Origin: Spirochaetota bacterium
GTDB lineage: Bacteria; Spirochaetota; Spirochaetia; SZUA-6; Fen-1364
Assembly (NCBI GenBank): GCA_026398635.1
Contig: JAPLSM010000042.1
Span: forward strand, 1 to 60,564
Direction: 5' to 3'
DNA length: 60,564 nucleotides
Within the stretch, counting starts at the first letter, position 1. Each line of letters opens with the position of its first letter. Both the position numbers and the translations under genes were made by a program. The notes beneath the pieces are model-generated. The model was given only the letters and a program-made list of their open reading frames with translations, ran no database searches and had not been told where the DNA came from. Below, in pieces: positions 40,418 to 48,048 of the stretch.

Positions 40418-41541
40418 GGCGCGAACGTCCGTTCGCCCACGACCCTGCCGTCGAGGACGACTTCCTCCCGGATGCGCGTGTCGCCATGGTAATGCACACG
40501 GAGGAAGAGATCTCCGTCGTCGAACAGCTCCTCGACGCGCTCGTCCGCGGTCGTGTGGATCACGTTCTTTACCCGTGTGCCCCGGATGAAGTGCTCCTCG
40601 CGTTCGAGGGCGCCGTCCGCGGCCCAGGTGTTGCGCACCTCCTCGGTACCCCCCGTTCCCGTGCGGCGCATCACGAGCACCCTGCCCGCGTCGTCCCGGG
40701 TCCACGAGATACGCTTCGTGATGGCGCCGGCGACCGTCGTGGTCTCGGCGACCACGCCGCCGGCCGCGTCGTAGGAAGCCTCCACCACCTTCTTTTCGGC
40801 AGGCCACTCGGTCGTCGAAGAGACGGGCGTGCGTGACTCACCCGCGTAGGCGAGCCGTTCGCGGGACACGAGGCCGGCCAGTCCGCTCTGCTCGCGTACC
40901 GCGGCCCGGCCGGCTTCGTCGTAGCGAGTCGTCCTCGATGCATCTCCATCGCGCGTGCGTTCCTCGGACACCGCGGCTCCGCCGGCCACGGATCCCGTAC
41001 CGCCCGCGGCCTGGCTCTCGGTGCGCAGGCTCCCGTCGGCCGCCGTCCAGCGCACTTCGCGCAGCCGGCCCGACGGAGCGGTGACGTACTCCGCCGTGGT
41101 TGAGGGCGACCCGTCGGCAGCGAACACCCTGACCCGTACGAGCCGGCCCGATGCGTACTCGAAGACGGACCGGCTCGAGGGCAGACCGGCCTTGAACAGC
41201 TCCTCCTGCAGCAGTTCTCCCGCGGCGCCCGAGAGCCGGCGAGCCGTGATCGCTCCCCCGCGCTCCTCCCGTTCCTCGGTCCTGCCGTCCGCCGACCGGA
41301 CGAGGGTCCAGCGCCGCTGCTCCGTTCCGCCGCTGAACAGGCGGCGAGTCTCCACCCAGCCTCCGCTGCTGCCGGTGCGCTCGACGGCGAGGACCCACGG
41401 GAACTCGTCGGTCCGGAAGGCGGGGATCGGCTCGATGGCCAGGCCCATCTCGTCGGAACGGAACCAGCGGGCATCGGCGGACACCCGGGCGGCGAGGAGC
41501 GCGGCGAGCGCGAGGAGCGAGATCCGGACGGCGCGTCTCAT
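40414..41541 (-). CDS. Secreted hypothetical protein with short YD/RHS-like repeats
   Basis: Signal peptide MRRAVRISLLALAALLAARVSA. Recurrent units such as VFAADGSPS, WTAADGSLR, TRYDEAGRAAV, ASYDAAGGVV, WTRDDAGRVLV and TWAADGALE. Its ATG overlaps the ftsY stop (ATGA 41538-41541). Confidence 0.7.
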   Translation of the reverse strand: MRRAVRISLLALAALLAARVSADARWFRSDEMGLAIEPIPAFRTDEFPWVLAVERTGSSGGWVETRRLFSGGTEQRRWTLVRSADGRTEEREERGGAITARRLSGAAGELLQEELFKAGLPSSRSVFEYASGRLVRVRVFAADGSPSTTAEYVTAPSGRLREVRWTAADGSLRTESQAAGGTGSVAGGAAVSEERTRDGDASRTTRYDEAGRAAVREQSGLAGLVSRERLAYAGESRTPVSSTTEWPAEKKVVEASYDAAGGVVAETTTVAGAITKRISWTRDDAGRVLVMRRTGTGGTEEVRNTWAADGALEREEHFIRGTRVKNVIHTTADERVEELFDDGDLFLRVHYHGDTRIREEVVLDGRVVGERTFAP

Positions 41542-42410
41542 CCGAGCAGGCTTTCGAGGTACCGCTCGATGTCGAACGGCTCGAGGTCCTCGGGTTTCTC
41601 CCCGATGCCGACGAAGGCAAACGGCACGCCGAGCGCGCGCGAGATCGGGACGACCATCCCGCCCTTGGCGGTCGAATCGTACTTGGCCAGCACCATGGCG
41701 TCGACGCCCACGGCCGCGTGGAAGACCTCGGCCTGCGCGAGGGCGTTCTGACCCGTCGTGGCGTCCAGCACGAGGAGGCGCCGCGAGGCGTCGCCCGGCG
41801 CCTTCGCCCGCACGATCCGGTCGATTTTCGCCAGCTCCTTGACGAGCGCCTCCCGGTTGTGCAGCCGGCCGGCCGTGTCGGCGATCACGAGCTCCGCCCC
41901 CCGGGCCCGGGCGCTCGCGATGCCGTCGAAGATGACCGCCCCGGGGTCTGCACCCGGCTCCTGCGCCACGACGGGCAGGCCGAGCCGCTCGCCCAGCAGG
42001 CGCAGCTGGTCGATGGCCGCGGCCCGGAACGTGTCGCCCGCTACGAGCACCGTGGACTCGATGCCCTGGCTCCGCTGGTACCATCGGGCGAGCTTGGCGA
42101 TGGTGGTGGTCTTCCCCACCCCGTTCACCCCGAGCACGAGCAGCACCGTCAACGTGCCCCGGGGCAGCACAAGAGGCCTGGCCACGACCATACCTCGCAG
42201 GCGCGCGCGCAAGAGGCCGACGACCTCGTCGCGGCCACCGGCCCGGCCGGCCTTGAGCTCCGTGCGGAGACCGTCCACGAGCTCGGCGGAGATGCGGGCT
42301 CCGATATCCGCCTCGACCAGCGCATCCTCGAGGTCCTCGAGGAGCCCCTCGTCCACGCCTCCCCGGGCGAACAGCTCGCGCAACCGTTTCGCCAGGCCCC
42401 GCAGCGGCAT
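41538..42410 (-). CDS. ftsY: Signal recognition particle receptor FtsY (NG domain only)
   Basis: GVNGVGKTTTIAKLA, VAGDTFRAAAIDQL, IADTAGRLHN, VLAKYDSTAKGG. About 290 aa with no acidic A-domain. The ATG at 42410 shares one base with the upstream stop. Confidence 0.92.
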   Translation of the reverse strand: MPLRGLAKRLRELFARGGVDEGLLEDLEDALVEADIGARISAELVDGLRTELKAGRAGGRDEVVGLLRARLRGMVVARPLVLPRGTLTVLLVLGVNGVGKTTTIAKLARWYQRSQGIESTVLVAGDTFRAAAIDQLRLLGERLGLPVVAQEPGADPGAVIFDGIASARARGAELVIADTAGRLHNREALVKELAKIDRIVRAKAPGDASRRLLVLDATTGQNALAQAEVFHAAVGVDAMVLAKYDSTAKGGMVVPISRALGVPFAFVGIGEKPEDLEPFDIERYLESLLG

Positions 42411-43879
42411 CACGGTTTTTCCCCCAGGCCCGCTGACCGGTCGGCAGACCTGACGTAACGCACGATGTTGTACACGGTCCACCCTGCGAGCACGACGCTG
42501 ACTCCCAGGCCGCCGAGATACGCGTAGTAAAAACCCAAGCTGAAGCCGGCCGCCCGCGCGGTACCCGCCGTGTCCCCCTTGCCTGACAGCCGGCTGGCCT
42601 CGGCAGCCCAGTCGACGGCCCAGCTGTAGGTGTAGAACGGCACGGGCAGCGACAGCATGAACCAGCCGAACGATCCATAGAACCGGTCCCGCGAGGCCTT
42701 CTGCTGCGCGTCCGAATGCATGGTCGCTTCTGAAAGCGAGAACGAGATCTGCGCGGGCGAGGACGGACCGACCATGAGCGCAGCCTCGGGACCGTCGGGC
42801 AGCGAGACGACGAGCCGGGCCCGCTCGCCGGGCCGGGGGATGTCGAGGGGCGTCCGTCCCTGCCACACCGCGTCCAGCCAGGCGTCCGCGCCGGGCGGAT
42901 CACTCGCCACGGCGATGGTGCCGAGGTCCAGCGCCTCGAGGGCGATCGCGAGGGAGGTCACGGTCCCCGCCGGGAGGTCGACCGTCCGCACCTCCTCATG
43001 GTATCCCGGCGCGCTCACCCTGATCTCGTGGCTGCCCGGTTCGAGATCGTCGAAACGGGACCGGCCCGTGCCGGGGGGGATGCCGTCGACGAGCACCGAA
43101 GCTGCCACCGGCTGCGCCGCCACCGCGAGCGATGCCCAGGGCCTGCCCAGAAGCAATCCGGCGAGCCCCCGCCCCGCATCCGCGACCCGGTCGTACAGCT
43201 CCCCCCGGGTCGCGGCATCCCGCCAGGTGAAGACCACGGATTCCCGGGCTGCGTCCCAGGCCCACACGTCCACCAGGAAATAGCCGGATGCTTCGCGCAC
43301 CGATCCACCCACCAGCAGGTCGACGTCCTCCCGCGACGCGGTTTCGCCACGCGAGCCGAACGGCGCCGCGAGCAGGAGGCCGGGCTCCGAGCCGTCCTTG
43401 AAGGTGATGGGTTTCGCGTCGGGCACGTCGACTGCCGACGGGTCGAGGCCGTCGAGCCACGCGAGCCGGTTCATCGCGTCGGAGAGCGCGTCCGAGGCCA
43501 CCGGTGAGGCCGGCGCGGCGGCCTGGGTCTCGCGGAACGCGGCAGCGTCCCGCGCATCGCGGAGGCTGTCGAGGGAGGCGAGCAGCGTACGGCGTTCGCG
43601 GGCGATCGCAGCCCGGGCAATCGCCGCCCGGCCGTCCGCGTCGATGGCGTGCGCGTCGAGCCCCGCGACCTGGTCGCGCAGCATCAGCGGAACGCTCCAG
43701 GCGAGCCATGCGTCGCCGGGGGCGAGCCCTTCCCCCCAAAAGGCCGTGATCCCCACGGTCCATCGCTCACGGGTGTCCACCGGGGGCGTGAACGGCGCGG
43801 CCGCGGCGCGCGCGAGCGTCATCGGACCCGCAGCCAGGAGGAGGAAGACGGCGACGGCGCGCGCGGGCGACGAGAGCAT
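42410..43879 (-). CDS. PEGA-domain protein with C-terminal membrane anchor
   Basis: Signal peptide MLSSPARAVAVFLLLAAGPMTLARA. Two PEGA-like modules (VLVDGIPPGTG..LEPGSHEIRVSAPGYHEE and AWLDAVWQGRTPLDIP). C-terminal hydrophobic helices. The ATG shares one base with the cheY stop. Confidence 0.75.
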   Translation of the reverse strand: MLSSPARAVAVFLLLAAGPMTLARAAAAPFTPPVDTRERWTVGITAFWGEGLAPGDAWLAWSVPLMLRDQVAGLDAHAIDADGRAAIARAAIARERRTLLASLDSLRDARDAAAFRETQAAAPASPVASDALSDAMNRLAWLDGLDPSAVDVPDAKPITFKDGSEPGLLLAAPFGSRGETASREDVDLLVGGSVREASGYFLVDVWAWDAARESVVFTWRDAATRGELYDRVADAGRGLAGLLLGRPWASLAVAAQPVAASVLVDGIPPGTGRSRFDDLEPGSHEIRVSAPGYHEEVRTVDLPAGTVTSLAIALEALDLGTIAVASDPPGADAWLDAVWQGRTPLDIPRPGERARLVVSLPDGPEAALMVGPSSPAQISFSLSEATMHSDAQQKASRDRFYGSFGWFMLSLPVPFYTYSWAVDWAAEASRLSGKGDTAGTARAAGFSLGFYYAYLGGLGVSVVLAGWTVYNIVRYVRSADRSAGLGEKP

Positions 43880-44247
43880 CAGACGATGTCGAGCGCCTTC
43901 TTGAGGGCGGAGATGATGCGCTGAGGCTGGAACGGTTTGACGATGAAGTCCTTGGCCCCGAGCTGGATGGCCTGCACGATCAGCCGCTGCTGGCCGAGCG
44001 CCGAGCAGATGATGATCCGGGCCGCCGGGTCGTGTTCTCTGATCTTCTTCAGGGCGGTGAGGCCGTCCATGCCGGGCATCGTGATGTCCATCAGCACGAC
44101 GTCGGGCCGCTTGTCGAGGTAGACGCGGATCGCCTCTTCGCCGTTGGACGCCTCGCCCACCACGCGGAAGCCGGCCTTCTCGAGGATATCCCGTAGCACG
44201 ATCTTGATGAAGGCCAGGTCGTCGACGATCATGACGTTGACCGCCAT
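43879..44247 (-). CDS. cheY: Single-domain response regulator (CheY-like)
   Basis: 122 aa with the receiver signature MIVDDL, VVLMDITMPGMDG, IIICSALG and DFIVKPF. GGAGGGGGG Shine-Dalgarno. No other che genes are in the window. Confidence 0.75.
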   Translation of the reverse strand: MAVNVMIVDDLAFIKIVLRDILEKAGFRVVGEASNGEEAIRVYLDKRPDVVLMDITMPGMDGLTALKKIREHDPAARIIICSALGQQRLIVQAIQLGAKDFIVKPFQPQRIISALKKALDIV

Positions 44248-44274
44248 CGCTCTCCCCCCCTCCGCGGGCGTCCG

Positions 44275-45376
44275 CTACCGGCCCAGCCACTGCATCTTGA
44301 GCCACGCCTCGATGAACCCGTCGAGGCCCCCATCCATGACCGCCTGGATGTTGCCGACCTCGTACTTCGTGCGGTGGTCCTTCACGAGGGTGTAGGGCTG
44401 GAACGTGTACGAGCGGATCTGGCTGCCCCAGGCGATCTCCTTCTTCTCGGACCCGAGCTTCTCGCGCTCCCGGTCCCGCTCGCCCTTGTAGTGCTCGTAC
44501 AGGCGCGAGCGCAGCACCTTCATGGCAAAGGCCTTGTTCTTGAACTGGCTGCGCTCGTTCTGGCACTGCACCACGATGCCTGTGGACAGGTGCGTAATGC
44601 GCACCGCGCTGTCGGTCTTGTTGACGTGCTGGCCGCCGGCGCCGCCGGCCCGGTAGGTGTCGATGCGCAGCTCCTCGGGCTTGATGTCCACGTCGATGGT
44701 GTCGTCGAGTACCGGGAAGACGAACGCCGAGGCGAACGAAGTGTGACGGCGCGCGTTGGAGTCGAACGGCGAGATGCGCACGAGCCGGTGCACGCCGCTC
44801 TCCGACTTCAGGTACCCATAGGCGTAGTCGCCGTTCACCTGCACGGTGACGCTCTTGATGCCGCCCTCCGCTTCGAGCAGGTCGATGATGTCGACCTGGT
44901 AGCCGTGGCGTTCCGCCCACCGTGTGTACATGCGCAGCAGCATCTGCACCCAGTCGCACGCCTCGGTGCCTCCCGCGCCCGAGTGGATCGTGAGGAAGGC
45001 GGACGCGGGGTCGTTCTCGCCCGAGAGCAGCTCCAGCACCTTCAGCTCCGCGTACCGCCCCTCCAGGCGCCCGCAGGTTGCCGCGAGCTCCTCCTCGAGG
45101 GACGCATCGCCTTCCTCCGCAGCGAGCCGGTGGATGCCCGCGAGGTCGTCGAACTGCGAGCGAAGCCCCTGCCAGGGCTCGTAGCGTCGCTTCAACGCCT
45201 TCAGGCGCCCGAGCGTCTCGCCCGCGCGCTCCTTGTCCCCCCAGAAGTCCTGGCGGGCCGTCTCGCGCTCTATCTCCGCGATCTGCTGCTTCAGGGTCTC
45301 GGGGTCAAAGACCCCTCCAAGTCTCGTCGATCCGGGCGCCGAGTCCCTGGATCCTGGTCTCGAGTTCCGCGAGCAT
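44275..45376 (-). CDS. prfB: Peptide chain release factor 2, expressed via programmed +1 frameshift
   Basis: Frame 0: ATG 45376 ... AGG GGT CTT TGA (the stop is at 45307-45305). Frame +1 continues as GAC CCC GAG... into the 306-aa ORF-track product, which carries SPF (ISPFDS) and GGQ (GAGGQHVNK). CDS = join(45376..45308, 45306..44275) on the minus strand. Confidence 0.93.
45305..45320 (-). promoter_or_regulatory. RF2 autoregulatory +1 frameshift site
   Basis: The minus strand reads TGGAGGGGT-CTT-TGA-C: an internal Shine-Dalgarno-like GGAGGGG 2-3 nt upstream of the slippery CUU UGA C, the same as the canonical bacterial prfB site. Confidence 0.9.
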
Positions 45377-45379
45377 GTC

Positions 45380-45652
45380 CTACCTCGTCACCACCAGCCG
45401 GCGCCACCGTTTCTCTTTCAATACCGTGATCGCGAGCGTGCCGCCCACGGGGTACTGGTAGAACCGGAGGCTGTCGTCGGCGTCCATGACCCGGTCGAGG
45501 TCGTGCTTCAGCCGGCCCAGGGCGTCCTCGCTCACCGCCGCGCTTTCCCAAGCGTCCCCGAGTACCCGCTGGAACCCGTACCGGACCAGCAGCTCCTCCG
45601 CCGCGCGACGGTGGTCCTCCGCGGCGAACTCGCTGGCGACGGCCACGAACAT
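45380..45652 (-). CDS. Small Cas2-like / ferredoxin-fold protein (90 aa), function unknown
   Basis: The sequence is MFVAVASEFAAEDHRRAAEELLVRYGFQRVLGDAWESAAVSEDALGRLKHDLDRVMDADDSLRFYQYPVGG.... Its spacing and several signature residues resemble Cas2 by eye. The stop lies 3 nt before the prfB ATG. The start was chosen at the ATG at 45652, because the longer ORF-track version overlaps the FabK-like gene and is Arg/Pro-rich. There is no clear Shine-Dalgarno. Confidence 0.5.
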   Translation of the reverse strand: MFVAVASEFAAEDHRRAAEELLVRYGFQRVLGDAWESAAVSEDALGRLKHDLDRVMDADDSLRFYQYPVGGTLAITVLKEKRWRRLVVTR

Positions 45653-45710
45653 GACGTGAGTGTAGGCAATCAGGCCCGGGGTGTCAAAGGGTGCCGGCGT
45701 TCTTCCCGGG

Positions 45711-46826
45711 TCATGCCGGCGTCCACCCGGGCGCGGCGAGGGGCCGGGACGCCGCCTCGAACTCTTCCTGCAGCCTTTCCACAAGCTCCCTCACCGGGAC
45801 GATCCCCCGCTCCCTGCCGGCATTCGCGCCCACGAAGGCGAAGCCGTGCTCCAGCCTGCCTTTCTTCGCGTTCATCAGGGCCTGGGCGATGCAGTAGGGG
45901 GTGTGCTCGTGATCGCAGGTCCTCAGACAGTGGTAGGGGCATGTGTAGGGCTTCTTTTTGCCTTCGCCGACATCGTCGATGAACCGGTTGCGGATCGCCC
46001 TCCCCGGCATGCCCACGGGGCTGTCGATGATCACGACGTCTTCCTGTTTCGCCTCCAGATAGGCGTGCTTGAAGTCGATCGACGCGTCGCACTCGCTGGT
46101 GGTGACGAATCGGGTCGCCATCTGCACCCCCGCGGCGCCCATCTCGAGGTACTTCTGGATATCCCCGCCGGTATAGATCCCGCCGGCGGGCACCACGGGG
46201 ATGGCCCGTCCTTGCGCCTCCTCGAACGGCCGCAGCTCCTTCATGACCTCTGGGACGAGTCTTTCCAGCGCAAAGCGGGGATCGGCGATCTGCTCCCGCT
46301 TGAACCCGAGGTGCCCCCCCGCCATTGGTCCTTCCACGACCACCGCGTCGGGGAGGTACCCGTGCCGGTCCAGCCATATCCGGGAGATGATCCGCGCGGC
46401 CTTTCCAGAGGACACGATGGGAACGAGCTTCGTCTTCCTGCTTCCCGCGAGGAACCCGGGAAGGTCGACGGGCAGCCCGGCGCCCGCGAAGATGACGTCG
46501 ACTGCCTCCTCGATCGCCACTTTCACCATGTCCGCGAAATTGGTCATGGCGACCATGATATTCACGCCGAGAATTCCGCGGGTGGCCTCCCTGGCCTTGC
46601 GGATCTCCTTCCTCAATGCCCTGATGTTCGCTTCGAGGAAATTCTTGAGGAAATCCGGCTCGTCCATGCCGATTCCAGCCGTGCTGATGACGCCGATCCC
46701 GCCCTGGTTGGCAACCGCGCCGGCAAGCCCTGCCAGGGAGATGCCCACACCCATGCCGCCCTGGATGATGGGGATCTTCGAACCCAGTATGCCCGAGGCC
46801 AGCTTCGCGAGGCTCTTGAAACTCAT
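45711..46826 (-). CDS. Nitronate monooxygenase family flavoprotein (FabK-like enoyl-ACP reductase II / NPD)
   Basis: IPIIQGGMGVGIS, GGIGVIS, EGPMAGGHLGF, VPAGGIYTG, plus a Cys-rich C-terminal insert (CPYHCLRTCDHEHTPYC). AAGGA Shine-Dalgarno. Confidence 0.82.
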   Translation of the reverse strand: MSFKSLAKLASGILGSKIPIIQGGMGVGISLAGLAGAVANQGGIGVISTAGIGMDEPDFLKNFLEANIRALRKEIRKAREATRGILGVNIMVAMTNFADMVKVAIEEAVDVIFAGAGLPVDLPGFLAGSRKTKLVPIVSSGKAARIISRIWLDRHGYLPDAVVVEGPMAGGHLGFKREQIADPRFALERLVPEVMKELRPFEEAQGRAIPVVPAGGIYTGGDIQKYLEMGAAGVQMATRFVTTSECDASIDFKHAYLEAKQEDVVIIDSPVGMPGRAIRNRFIDDVGEGKKKPYTCPYHCLRTCDHEHTPYCIAQALMNAKKGRLEHGFAFVGANAGRERGIVPVRELVERLQEEFEAASRPLAAPGWTPA

Positions 46827-46905
46827 TCACTTCATCCTTTTCGCCCCATCCCGAATACCGAGCGTCAAGCCTGCTCGAGAAGCATGACAACGTACCCTAT
46901 CAAAT

Positions 46906-46940
46906 TGATCAGATATAAACAAGAAATCATCATCTGATCA
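46906..46940. promoter_or_regulatory. Perfect 9-nt inverted repeat in an AT-rich divergent intergenic region (candidate operator)
   Basis: TGATCAGAT (46906-46914), a 17-nt spacer, then ATCTGATCA (46932-46940). Each half contains the TGATCA palindrome. It lies between the divergent starts at 46826 and 47041, in the most AT-rich stretch of the window. Confidence 0.4.
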
Positions 46941-47040
46941 GTGTTTGATGCGCAAGTACTCATGGATGAGCGTGGGATGTGGCACGGGCCTCTGGACACG
47001 GCAGGTCCCGCCGACGACAATGACGAGGGGGGATTGCCTC

Positions 47041-47961
47041 ATGCGACTCCGGACCTTTCCGCTGCTCCTCGCGCTCGCCGCGGCTTCAGCCGCCGCCCAG
47101 GTGGCGGGCCCGGCCGCCTCCGAGCTGACGGGCGAAGAGCAGCTCGCGGCCCGCATCACGGGCATCGCGGCCGCCGCGGCGGACGGCTCCGCCATCGAGG
47201 TGACCTTCGTGTCGTCCGATCCCCGGCGCGACCTCCTCGTGTTCTGGGGCACCGCGCCGATGACCACGGCCGAGGGCCTTCTGCGTTCCACCGCCAAGGC
47301 GCAGCTCGATGCCGGCGCCGTGCGCTACGCCGTCCCCGTGCTGCCGGGCACCGACTACTGGTTCGCCGTGCTCGACGCTGGACTGTACAAGGTGGGCGGT
47401 GTGCCCCTGGTGCCGGGCGAGAACACCACCGCCCGCGGAGTACGGGTACCGGCTGCTGCGGCCTCCTCCCCGGTGGCCGCTTCCACCCAGCGCAATCAAC
47501 CCCTTCCCTCCCTCCAGCTCGGCGTCTCGGTCAGCACCGGACGGGAGGTGGAGACGGGAGGCCTGCCGGAGGTCCCGACCGAGCGGGGCGTGTCCCCCAC
47601 GACCGCGCTGGCTATCGCCGAACTGCTGCGGGAAGCCGGACCGGTTCCCCGGCCGATTCTCAAGGTTCAGGTGCTGAGCGAGGACGTCGCAGGCGGCGAC
47701 CAGGTGCTGCAGAGCGTGGCTTCCGGCGCCCTCGCGAGCGGCGACTGGGCCGGCGCGGAAAAGAAGCTGAAGGATTTTTTGAGTCTTCGCCGCACGCCCG
47801 AGCTCAGGGCCCTGGCCCGGTTCTACCTGGGCCAGGCCTACTGGTTCCAGGGCCGGCTGCGCGAAGCGTTCTTCGAGTTCCTCGGGTGCGAGGACACGCT
47901 CCCCCGCGAGTCCCGTGCGTGGCAGGATGCCTGCCTCGGCGGGCTCGCGGCCCGCAGCTGA
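47041..47961 (+). CDS. Secreted hypothetical protein with C-terminal TPR-like module
   Basis: ATG at 47041 gives the signal peptide MRLRTFPLLLALAAASAAAQ. The C-terminal ..GDWAGAEKKLKDFL......ALARFYLGQAYWFQGRLREAFFEF is TPR/YbgF-like. Confidence 0.7.
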   Translation: MRLRTFPLLLALAAASAAAQVAGPAASELTGEEQLAARITGIAAAAADGSAIEVTFVSSDPRRDLLVFWGTAPMTTAEGLLRSTAKAQLDAGAVRYAVPVLPGTDYWFAVLDAGLYKVGGVPLVPGENTTARGVRVPAAAASSPVAASTQRNQPLPSLQLGVSVSTGREVETGGLPEVPTERGVSPTTALAIAELLREAGPVPRPILKVQVLSEDVAGGDQVLQSVASGALASGDWAGAEKKLKDFLSLRRTPELRALARFYLGQAYWFQGRLREAFFEFLGCEDTLPRESRAWQDACLGGLAARS

Positions 47962-48048
47962 CCATCCGCGTAGCGTAAGGGCCCTCGGCCGACCTCAGCC
48001 CTCCCTGGATTGAGTCGGCCTTCCGTCCATCCATGGACTCGGCCGACC

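Noticed and set aside
45380-45784. The 134-aa version of the small ORF upstream of prfB
   Set aside because: The N-terminal 44 residues are Arg/Pro/Gly-rich and overlap the 3' end of the FabK-like gene. The fold-like sequence starts at the internal ATG at 45652.
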